NCBI RefSeq assembly: GCF_964204865.1
Contig: NC_135259.1
Coordinates: forward strand, 15,128,001 to 15,192,000
Source of the DNA: Styela clava
Taxonomy: Eukaryota
Direction: 5' to 3'
DNA: 64,000 bases
The notes under the pieces were generated by a model that was given only the letters and a program-made list of their open reading frames with translations, made no database searches and was not told where the DNA came from. The position numbers were made by a program, and so were the translations under genes. Below, in pieces: positions 14,104 to 25,225 of the stretch. Within the stretch, counting starts at the first letter, position 1. Each line of letters begins with the position of its first letter.

Positions 14104-14818
14104 TTATTGAACATCTTCGAAAAGCTCAAAATCTGAAAAATAGGAAAATAATTTCAATTACTGGTATTATACAAAGAAAAACACTAAGCTGATTATTACT
14201 AGAAATAGAGTTTAAGCACAATGCGTGACATTTAAGCTATTATATTTTTAGATTATGCGATACTACAGGCGAAGTGTGATAAAATACATACGCCGCCACA
14301 CTCTTACAAAGAATATGATTTGCATATAAAATAGAAAATATAATTGAATTGCATTGATTAAAACGTGTGGTCCAAAACCAATGTATACCACAATATTGAA
14401 CGTGCCTGTATTTTCATCAATTTCAACTATTGATCTTCTTTTCTTTTTCCCCGCCCACCCCGGATCTGACGCCGACGGTTGTCTGAAGTGAAAAACATAA
14501 CATGTTGGCAACAAATTTATTATTTTCGTTTAAATTAGAGTGTAAAAGTGAGAAATGTGCAATAATTTATTTTCTCACTTTTTTGAATTGTTGAAGCAGT
14601 TTTACTTAACAGTTTCAATATTACATTTGTTATATATTATACAAAATATTCATTTACCTAACTTAATTGATGAAATAATTTATGTAAAAATTAAAAAATC
14701 ACCTTGACTCCGATTTACCGCTGCCAGGCTGACCCATAAAAATCATGTCCGCGCAAATAATGACTTGTACGAAAATGGAGCAATAAATGGCACACATGAG
14801 AACAAGTTTCAGATTCAT
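14104..14818 (-). CDS. Secreted peptide precursor gene F (predicted pQPSASDPGWA-amide)
   Basis: Exons 14818-14703, 14482-14406 (CAG|gcacgt GC donor), 14132-14104: MNLKLVLMCAIYCSIFVQVIICADMIFMGQPGSGKSESR|QPSASDPGWAGKKKRRSIVEIDENT|DFELFEDVQ*. Confidence 0.85.
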
Positions 14819-16209
14819 ATTTTTATATTTGACTGTTTAGGTATTATGTTGATACAAATTTATATTATAGCTAGTATGAAAAATATATCATATATAACAA
14901 ATAATCTAGAATTATGGGAAATAAAATAAACATATTCTTCTTTATTTTCATATGTTTAGTATTGTCATGCTTTTCAGTATTCACCAATAAAACATCACAA
15001 GTTGGTTATTTACCGTATACCACCGTTTGTCGCTTTGATGAGATTTATATTTAACACTTTCAACCGCTACACGTAACCACCAAAAATATTTTATTGACAA
15101 TGATCATTTGATAAATGTAAGTACACGGTTGTCAAGTGCAGCTGTGAAAGTTTGATGAGTCGTTAGTCATCAAACGGCTTCTCTAGAGTTTCCTAAAGTT
15201 ACGAAATATCTTTTTCGATTTTTAATTTTGTCATAATTTGTTGCCGCTTTTAAACTATATCGACTTATAGTGCTTACTTATTTTAACACGTTTCGCACAA
15301 ACAATACAACCTCTGGCATCTTCACTGCACCAATTGAGCATGTAGCTCAACAATCCCTAGCTCTTATATCTATAATAAATCTGTATTACATGAGCTATTG
15401 CGGCTTTGTCTGTACGGCCAAACTTTGATGAAGCATATGATACGAAGATTTTATAAAAAGGAAAGTGATCCCATATATATAGCTACTGCGCGCAAAAGAC
15501 ATCATTTCAAACGAGCTTAAATTTAAGTCGCCACGTAATTTCCAATAATTATGTGCTCAAGTGTATATCTATTATTGAGCCACAAAAGTGGATAGAACAT
15601 AATCATACACAAGGCAATCATCGACAAATCAAATTACTTTTAATCATCCAAATAGAAGAGTTTATTAATCGAACGAAGAGTTTATAAATATGATCAGAGG
15701 CATTTCAGGAATTAGGTATCGATCATTATTATCGTCAATATATGTAATTTTTGTAGGTATACTGAAATAATTAGGCCATTAGATAATTTTTGCCATTATC
15801 CAAACCCTTCTTTTTCGATTTGAGTCCTATTTGTTTTCAAACTCAAGTGGGTTTCAACTTAATTATAATTTCTAAAAAGCAAATGAGATTTAGTATTTAT
15901 TACAGAGTACTTTACAATTTGTTTAATAAGTATAGTTTTAAAAGGTTTATTCTTTAAGTGTCGCCTTATAATGAAAGTATTTTGAACATTATCAATAACA
16001 CTCCATTTATTATAAAAGAATATTTGGCAATATGAGCAGCGTATAACATTCAATCTTACATTCTATGCTTTTACATCTTGTGTGTATGAGAGCATTTTTA
16101 TTTTGAAAATACTCGTTATTGTGCGTTCAATAGTCCAGATAATTTAAAATAAGTTTGTTTTTAACAGTCTCTAATATTCAGTTGTTTCCCACATACAATC
16201 TGAGCTACA

Positions 16210-17036
16210 ATGTTCACCAATAAATGCAAAATGATGACTTTAGTGTTTGGGGCGATGCTTCTGCTGAACTTGTCATTCATTTCGGAGAAGTCATCAATGG
16301 TGGTTGCTCAATCATCAACAACAGTGAACCCAACGGGTCAAAGGAGGTAAGAAACTTTTTTCTAAAATCTAAACAAGTAATCGTAGACGATGTTGATGTA
16401 CCGAGATGATGTAACCGAACGTAATTGTTTCAAACGGAGTCTTTATCATGTATACAGGATCAACAAAACAACATGAAAGTCCTATTCCCACTATATTTCT
16501 ATTGAAAACAAGAATAGAGATAGGTAATAAACCACGATAAGCTTGTGATGATGTGTTTTAACAACCTCCGTCAACCACGTTTCGGTCAGATACATAGAAC
16601 ACTTTTATTTACTCATATTATCACAGATATTCAACCCCGTGGGGTGGAAAGAAACGATCAGTGGGGACGGACGAATTTTTCGGTAAGTTTTACGAAAACA
16701 TTCAAACCTTTTTCGTGGTTTTGTAGCAAACGAATTTACTGAAGTCCATATTTGACACACATAATGAAATAAATATAATTGTATTGGCTAAAATCAGACA
16801 GAATCCAAACGTATTTATTTGGTTAACACACACTAATGGCAATGATTGTGCTCCAAAGTAAAATAATTTTTTGAGGTTATAGATCTGGTCTCTACGTGAT
16901 ATTCCTAATTGTATTGAATTAAAATCAATCAAACATCAGCGTAAAAGTGTATTGAGTTATAAAGTTGACTAAATTATTTTTATTCCTTTTTATCTTAGAT
17001 GGCATCCAACTACTTGACGAAAACCACTTAGATTGA
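16210..17036 (+). CDS. Secreted peptide precursor gene G (predicted YSTPWG-amide)
   Basis: Exons 16210-16346, 16627-16682, 16999-17036: MFTNKCKMMTLVFGAMLLLNLSFISEKSSMVVAQSSTTVNPTGQRR|YSTPWGGKKRSVGTDEFF|DGIQLLDENHLD*. The core is flanked by RR and GKKR. Confidence 0.87.
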
Positions 17037-18157
17037 ATTAATGGATTTTCGATGATGTTACCGATATCGCCCATGCACAATATTCTATGTATCTTTACTT
17101 TATTATGAAGTATTTTTGTGTAATTGAAGAACTTGTCCATCCTGAAACTTTTGAAACCAGTTCTTTTGCATTAATTTATTGTGTTGTGTTTGTATCAATA
17201 TGTACAATTCTCTAACTCGTGTTTAAATTACATAGAATAATCACTAGAAATGCTAACAACCCGACTGTAATTTCTTCGTTATCTTGACGAATAAAACTTT
17301 TGAGAGGCAGTATAGATTACCAGCTGACATTGTAGCTTTTAAACATAATTCGAAGGAACGAATAATATATAATTAAGCCTGCAAATTAGCAGAATTGTTA
17401 AATTTAGCAGTTTTAGTCGTGTGAACTGTATTCACTAAGGTTGTAGCAAAATGCAATATAATTTAAATGTAAGGTCTACGGAATTAAAAAATATCACCGT
17501 TGGACAATCCATCCCCAACAATAGCTGCATTTTGTTCCGGATATAGCAAAGAATTAAGTGTTGTATCAACTTTTCACGTAGGCTTTCAGCTGTAATGGTG
17601 GCAGAATCTTTTGATATAAATCGGAAAAGCGCCGCACTGGAAGATTCAAATCAACCAGCGGTGATTATTTGGTGAAAAAAAAAATAAGAGAATATTTTTC
17701 AATTGGGCACTGCAAAGCGACGCCGATATTTTTCTAGTTTATTTGTTTATCATAATGTCAGTTCGCAAGAGTTTTAAACATTTCATGTTACCAATTATTT
17801 CAAAGGTTCAGTGGATTATTGTATAAAATATAAATCAAACAGAATTAAATGACACACACAAAAATACTGTATTGCTTTCAAGCTCATGCTACCGATGAGT
17901 TTCTATGGGACTAACTACTCATCGTTCTTCTAAGCTTTTGTGTCGATGGATTCGTATGCATATCACAACCTGACATTAATAATTTATCGAATACAATTTG
18001 GTGATGGAAAAGAATTAGACATAGATAAACAAGGTTTCTGTCACATCAAATGTATCGCTCTCCAGATTTAGAGATACAACAACACAAACCGTTTCAGCGG
18101 GTTGTTGTTGAGTTTTTCATGTTTGTGAGCAAGTTTAATTATTGAAACTTCCCTCTC

Positions 18158-18397
18158 TCACTTCCATTGTATAATGTATTTTTGTGCTCTGTCATTTTCT
18201 GTGGTTTTAAAGTTGGAATTTATTACTCTACCATCTAAAATGAAATATCGTGGAAAATATTTTATTATGTATATTGTATCAAATGGACTTATATATATAT
18301 AGATATTGTGATTAAACTTATCTATCTATCTATATATTGATAGTTTGCATATGTACATGCCTGTTATAAGCCAGAGCAAGAAGCAATGTAACCACAT
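18158..18397 (-). CDS. Candidate unrelated small secreted peptide H
   Basis: 18397-18361 MWLHCFLLWLIT with CAG|gcatgt, joined to 18234-18158 (tttcattttag acceptor) DGRVINSNFKTTENDRAQKYIIQWK*. TATA-like run at ~18590. No family motif. Confidence 0.25.
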
Positions 18398-19084
18398 CTT
18401 GGCCCTAATGCATCTGCGGTAGTTCTTAACTCCTCGGTCAAATTTAAAATTGAAAGAAATTGACCCAGAACAGTGGTTTTGAACGACCTTGGTGCGATGG
18501 AACCCCAATGAAACATCCCCGAGAATCTGGGAACTCTGCGCAATTTTATTTGTCGTATGCAAAAAAAAAATTAAATACTGTATGTCTGTATATATAAAAC
18601 CAAAGTCACCACTGGCTCAGAAATAACTTTGAAATTAGATATCATACTGTGATAGTTACCCTTCATTTCATGACGAACTCCTTACATCTCAACTACCTTT
18701 CCAAGTTTTACCAGCTTGGTTTTAGCTGGTTGTTTCATAAATAATCCAGGCGATCACATTCGTTTACGATCTAAATCATTATCATTCCCTATCTATTTTC
18801 GCCTTTATATCGGAAGAGTAAATCTATATTCACCAGCTTGTCAAATATTGCTTATTACATTTCTATCACTTCTCTTTGCACTTTTATTTGCGTACGCTCG
18901 ATTTTGTTTTGAGCTTTGTACACAAAGTTATTTTAAAGTATTATCTTCCTCCTAAACCAATTTTTAGAAAGCGTAAGCAACAATGATATAACAAACAAAC
19001 AAAATTAATTTATTGACAAGACACAATGTTATATGTTACACAATCATAGTTCTGTTGTATCGGGACTCCGCCGCTTTGTCCACA

Positions 19085-19787
19085 TCAATCTTCATCAAAT
19101 AAAAAGTTCTCAACTGAAAAAAAATGATCGATTTTATTTTTTTTAAAATTCTTTAGCTTGCTACTACGGCAATGCCTGGAGTTGCTGAATTCTACGCGTA
19201 ACGCTGTAGACGCAGGCAATTGAAGTAGAAAAAATATATATATATATCGTTGAATCGTACATAATTTATCATTCCCAAAAATATCTAAAATTTGTCATTT
19301 GTTAGCTCACCTTCAGCAGCAAAATCTTCTGCAATTGATCTTTTCTTGCTGCCACCCCATGGTGGACTCGGAGTACCTATTCTGTAGAATGTATTTGTCA
19401 CACATATAAAATTTTTCCAAAAAGTAATAATTCAATATAAATCAGATTAGGTCAAATGAAGCATCTTTTTACAATTTGTTGCGATGAAATACGCATTGTC
19501 CCTTTTAACTCGAAAAAAATTTGAATTGGCCAAGTGTAATCCCCAATGATATTTTAGTTAGCACTCTAAATTTGCACACTCAACATCTACTCTTCGCGAT
19601 ATCGAGCGAATTCTAAACCGAAAAGTTAATTTTATTTGGTGTTGAATGTTTGTAAAAGAGATTTTATTTATATTAGTATAAAATGTACAAACCTTCCTTG
19701 GTCAGGCGGAACTGCTTCTACACAATGATCTGAGACGACAAAAAATCCAAACATGAGCACAAAGCATAGACATGTTAACATCTTCAT
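19085..19787 (-). CDS. Secreted peptide precursor gene I (predicted IGTPSPPWGGS)
   Basis: Exons 19787-19693, 19381-19311, 19113-19085: MKMLTCLCFVLMFGFFVVSDHCVEAVPPDQGR|IGTPSPPWGGSKKRSIAEDFAAE|VENFLFDED*. Confidence 0.87.
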
Positions 19788-19874
19788 TTTGCGCAGAGTC
19801 TCATTCGCTCAAAAATAATATGATTAAAATCTAATCTGGTTCATAAAACAATTATTTTCAATAAGTACAGAATC

Positions 19875-21290
19875 AATATTTCCATAATTATTAGCAAATC
19901 ATTAGATTAGGCGACGGGTTTATGCAGTTGTCGCATAAAATAATAGAATGCAAGCATATTTGATATGCAGATTTGCTTCCAACGCAAACGGAGGTCATCT
20001 ATTTAAGAGAAGTCTGCTTAACTGCGTAACTGTTGTATTAGTGGGGTGTGGTTAGCTTAGCACTATGGTTAAATTGCATTGGAAACACAAATTAGGAGCC
20101 TCCCATATCCACCTGGCTCATATCATCTCGCGTCTGAAATGAGTATTGCAAGTATTTAGGAAAGACTGACTAAATTTATTTAAGTTTCGTACTGCAGTGA
20201 ACACTCGTTGGTTCGGTTCTTTTTGTCTATTTGCAAACAACTCGGGGCGCTATATGTAAGGGTTGCTGCTACTCACGGAATGCATATTTAGAAAAAAATA
20301 TTAAAATCGATAACATATATAAGAGATACCAATTTGTAAGTGGCACTTTAGCAATCTCTCAAGTGTTTTGCAATTTGTTCCAGAACACTTCTAAATCGAA
20401 GCCCTGTGCACGAACCGTAGTTAAATCTGGGGATCGAATTGAATGCCAATTAGAAAATTTGAAAATGTACCACATATCTGTGATGAAATTTCGGATATTG
20501 CTCAAATCGTTTTCTTCGGGGCCTGTGAAAAGTGTCCATGATTTGAGAGAAGGACAAGTTTGTTGACAACCTTTTATTTTTTGTTGTTATTCACGTTATT
20601 TAGTAATATAACTATATGATTGGCATTTCTGAATGTGATATGTGTATTTGCTGTAGGCCTATAAAACTCCAATATGTTGAATAAAGATTCAGAGCTTTAC
20701 ACAATATAATATGAATCAATAAAATGGAAACTGCCAAAATTAATATTATTGAGGTAATTGAACAGTACAACAAAAATTTATATTTTTACCAATCATTCCG
20801 TGCCGTAGCAATTTGACAAGACGGCATTGTTTCTGTATAAATTTTTGAAGTTTTAGATTAAATTAGGCAAACTACGAATTTCTTTTCCATAACATGGTTT
20901 TCGTTGTTTTTGAATTAAAATTGTTCATCACTTTACCGAAAACTTTTATTGAGATCCTAAAAAATCGTGTCAGCATGGCCTTGTTTTGGCAAGGTATATG
21001 CAGATTGTATGAGTTGAAACTCCTCAAAATGCTGACAAGTTGTTTAGTAATGCTATTGCAATGCTGTTTGCAATTATAGTTGTTTGCATTACATGGGAAA
21101 TTTGATGTGTGTACAGTGTACGGTGTAAAGCGGAAAAGGTCAATAATATATATACCGGCAAAATGCATTCATTGCGAAGTGCATATGATATATATAATAA
21201 TAACAATATTAAAAGAATATTTCAATTCCTCACGCATATACGACTACGACTAAAAGATAACGAGTCAAGTGTTCCTAGCAAAATCAAATT
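19875..21290. repeat. I/J intergenic segment, duplicated at 25282-26352 (direct) and ~26810-27165 (inverted)
   Basis: Near-identical sequence. Duplicated spurious ORFs (20872/26918, 20894/27007, 21109/26771). Confidence 0.85.
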
Positions 21291-21861
21291 TGACTCGAAT
21301 TAAAACGTTGTATCAATATCAAATCAAAGGATAATATTCAAATTTAGTTACAACCATTTGCAAATATAAATTATCGATATTCAATATTCTCCTTCATAGC
21401 GGAACGTCATTTGAGTTTTGATTTTATTTGAAAAGGCAAAATGATTGCTCTCATTTACTACTTTAAATATCAGAGTTCAGAACAAGTGTTTGTGCTAATG
21501 GACAAATTCATACTTTAAAAAATTAATGATAATCATGATTGCACGAGCAATTAAGGCCTTTATATCTGAAGAGACGGATTGATTTCATATCAAAAAGTTT
21601 GATGAAAAAATTGATCTTTTTGATGAATTCGTTTTGAGATTGCTGCAATTACCGCGATTATTTATATAATTGATCGACAATGCCGTGTATAAATCACTCC
21701 AGAAACTAATCCAACAACGCATTCCTAAAAAATTGAGCTTTCAGCTTCATTAAACCGGAAGAAATTTGGATACTTGAGAACAATCTTGTTCGGACAAAAC
21801 AATCTCATAAAAATAAATCAACTGAAGTCCAGTTTAACATTCTGACGCGTCGTAAACTAAG

Positions 21862-22780
21862 ATGAAGAATATCGCAATTTTTCTTGCTGTAGCTGTGTTA
21901 GTTCTTAGCCAGGACATTTCGTCCGTTGAATGTCGGACATTGATGATCAGTTCACCGATACAACATCGGTAAGTCTTTTAGATTTCTAATATTTTGTATA
22001 GCTGATAGAATATAAGAGTTTATAGGTTCTCCATCTCTTTATGTCTCTCCTACTTCTATCTTTTGATATATTTACAAATTCTTCATTGTATAATGGTATA
22101 CTGGGTAATAATGAGATTTAAATAAATATCTTCCTCTTCGATGAATCGAAAACACAAATTTACCTAATTACCGTTATACCAACATTATCATGGATTAAGC
22201 GATTCAATTAATTGAGTGATTAGTTGAAAGTAGTTTCTATAGCAACCTTTTGTTTTACATTTTCCAGATATAGCACAATACCACCATTCTACGCATATAT
22301 ACTGAAAAAGCGCAATGTGGAAAATGATGTGAATTTGCAGACGAGAGGTGACGACATTTTTGATTGTTGTTAGAAATTCTAAATTAATTTTTTTTTATTA
22401 AAATAAAATTTCACTGAGGTAATATAAGTTTTATTTCAGTCAAACAAGCGACGAAACGCGACCAAGTCGGATTAATAGTTTTATTTTTGCCCGAGATGCT
22501 CCCAATCTTAGTTCCAATACTTTGTGAGAGCCATACACCTATTCACTTAAGGCATCACGAGGTGAATTATTTGAAAGTGAAAGTTATGACTCGAAAAGGT
22601 CTCAGTTTTTAATCGAGAGTATCTTGAGGTTGCAGCTTCAACGTTTGAAACCTCAAGCTCAGTACTAAGTTGTAGGAATCTCCATTGTCGTGAATATTAT
22701 CTTGTAAGTTAAAACATCTCTACCTTTTTTTTACAGAAAGAGAGAACATGATCATTGGACAAGCAAAAAATGAAGTATGA
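21862..22780 (+). CDS. Secreted peptide precursor gene J (predicted YSTIPPFYAYIL)
   Basis: Exons 21862-21968, 22268-22347, 22737-22780: MKNIAIFLAVAVLVLSQDISSVECRTLMISSPIQHR|YSTIPPFYAYILKKRNVENDVNLQTR|ERENMIIGQAKNEV*. Confidence 0.87.
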
Positions 22781-24382
22781 ATGAACAATCGGATTGAAAA
22801 TGCCATGACGGAATTTTAATTAATATATATATATATTGCATAAATTAAGCGTAACATTGTTTGGTCTATTGGGCAGGCATGAGACATGAGGTCTATTGGG
22901 TAGGCAGAAAAACATTGAGTTTTAGTATTAGTGAAGCAATTTTGTGCCCATGGGATATAATCGTAATAAATATGTTCATCAGTGCCATCAGAAAATTTTC
23001 AACTTTATTTCACGCCAATAGTACAGAATGCTTTACACGGTTTGCGATTTTACACGGCATTTTCGGTCTTTTTAGTTCGAAAAACGCCCGGTTATATAGT
23101 TTTCCCTGAAATGAGCTACTACTTTCTGGGATGATCGGAATCGTTTCGAATGCACATTGACCACCTAATGTAAAACACCCTGGATAATATGGCGAGGAGA
23201 ACAATTCATGACCTCTATCCACTAGCTAGGAGTGGGCAACCTTTTGTCGCTCGCGGGCCAAAATTAAGGGTTGCAAGTCTAGGCGGGCCGCACATATTTT
23301 TAAAAAGGTAAAAACCGAATGGATGGCCAATGAATCACAATTTTTTCACACAGATCAGAAGATGAAATTTTAGATTTGAAACAGCGTGCGGGGACTGCGA
23401 CAACTCGTGAACTCAGTCGTCTTACTAAAAGAAAAAAAATTACAAATAAAAATAAATGTGACATTGTTGCATCACGTTTGATAATTTTTCGACATCGGGC
23501 GGCACACTGGAGGAATCCAAAATCGAAAACAAAATTCTAAATGGCCATTACTAATCCGAGTTTATTCTTTGTAATGTTCATTTTTGAAAATTTTTGTTGC
23601 CACGCATATGTACTTCCAATCATCAATTTGAGTTTATTTGCATGGTTGGTCATATTTGGATAGAGATTTCTCTCAAGAAGACACTTTTTATAAATATAAG
23701 AGCTGATACATCTCTCGAATTGAATATAGATTTTATTTCCTCATTGCATTGCATCTCAAAAAGCTCTATTTGAATATTTTCTGCGCCATTCAACTCTCTA
23801 CACTCAACGTCAACTTTTCTGCGTGTTGCCGTTTTTGAACACGTAGTGGACCTATGGATCGTTTTGTTATTATGTTGTTGTTGTTTTTGTTGTTCTTTGT
23901 CAAGGAAAAAAAACTTCTCCTTCAAAGCGGAACGTCATTTAAGTTTTGATTTTCATTGAAAAGGCAAAATGATTGCTTTCGTTCACTACTTTAAATATCA
24001 GAGTTCAGAACAAGTGTTTGTGCTAATGAACAAATTCAAACTTTAAAAAATTACCATGATTGCACAAGCAATTAAGGCCTTTATATCTGAGGAGACGGAT
24101 TGGTTTCATATCAAAAAGTCCGATGAAAAAATTGATCTTTTTGATGAATTCGTTTTGAGATTGCTGCAATTACCGCCATTATTTAAATAATTGATCGACA
24201 ATGCCCTATATAAATCACTCGAGGAACTAATCCAACAACGCATTCCTAAAAAATTGAGCTTTCAGCTTCATTAAACAGGAAGAAATTTGGTTACTTGTGA
24301 AAGGTCTTGTTTGGAAAAAACAACCTCATAAAAATAAATCAACTGAAGTCCAGTTTAACATTCTGACGCGTCGTAAACTAAG

Positions 24383-25225
24383 ATGAAAAATATTGCAATT
24401 TTTCTTGCTGTGGTCATGTTAGTTCTTAGCCAGGACATTTCGCCCGTTGAAAGTCGGACATTGATGATCAGTTCACCGATACAAGACCGGTAAGTCTATT
24501 AGATTTCTGTTATTTTGTATAGCTGATAGAATATAAATGGTTATATGTTCTCCATCTCTTTATGCCTTGCCTACTCCTATTTTTTGATATATTACCAATT
24601 CTTCATTGTATAATGGTTACCATTATACCAACCTCATCATGGATTAAGCGATTCAGTTAATTGAGTGATTATTTGAAAGTAGTTTCCATAGCGACATATC
24701 GTTTTTCATTTTCCAGATATAGCACAATACCACCGTTCTACGCATACAAACTGAAAAAGCGCAATGTGGAAAATGATGTGAATTTGCAGACGAGAGGTGA
24801 CGACATTTTTGATTGATGTTAGAAATTCTAAATTAATTTTACTTCAAAATAAAATTTCATTGAGGTAATATAAGTTTTATTTTAGTCAAACAATCGACGA
24901 AAAGCGACCAAGTTGGATTAATAATTTCATATTTGCCCGAGATGAACCCAATCTTAGTTCCAATACTTTCTAAGAGCCATACACCTATTTCTTTGTGGCA
25001 ACACGAGGTGAATTAATTGAAAGTAAAAGTTATGACTCAAAAAGGTCTCAGTTTTGAATCGAGAGTATATTGAGCATGCAGCTTCAACGTTTAAGACCTC
25101 AAGCTCAGTACTAAGTTGTCGGAAACTCCATTATCGTGAATATTATCTTGTAAGTTAAAACATCTCTACCTTTTTTTACAGAAAGAGAGAACATGATAAT
25201 TGGACAAGCAAAAAATGAGGTATGA
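24383..25225 (+). CDS. Secreted peptide precursor gene K (predicted YSTIPPFYAYKL)
   Basis: Exons 24383-24489, 24717-24796, 25182-25225: MKNIAIFLAVVMLVLSQDISPVESRTLMISSPIQDR|YSTIPPFYAYKLKKRNVENDVNLQTR|ERENMIIGQAKNEV*. Confidence 0.87.

Noticed and set aside
17490-17670. Possible extra family exons (EKRR...G|gt on plus; VQR|gt on minus)
   Set aside because: In-frame stops and no matching partner exons. At most a decayed relic.
20231-21303. Several 60-110 aa ORFs recurring elsewhere in the window
   Set aside because: Recurrence reflects recent segmental duplication of non-coding DNA. The frames break between copies and have no recognisable domains.
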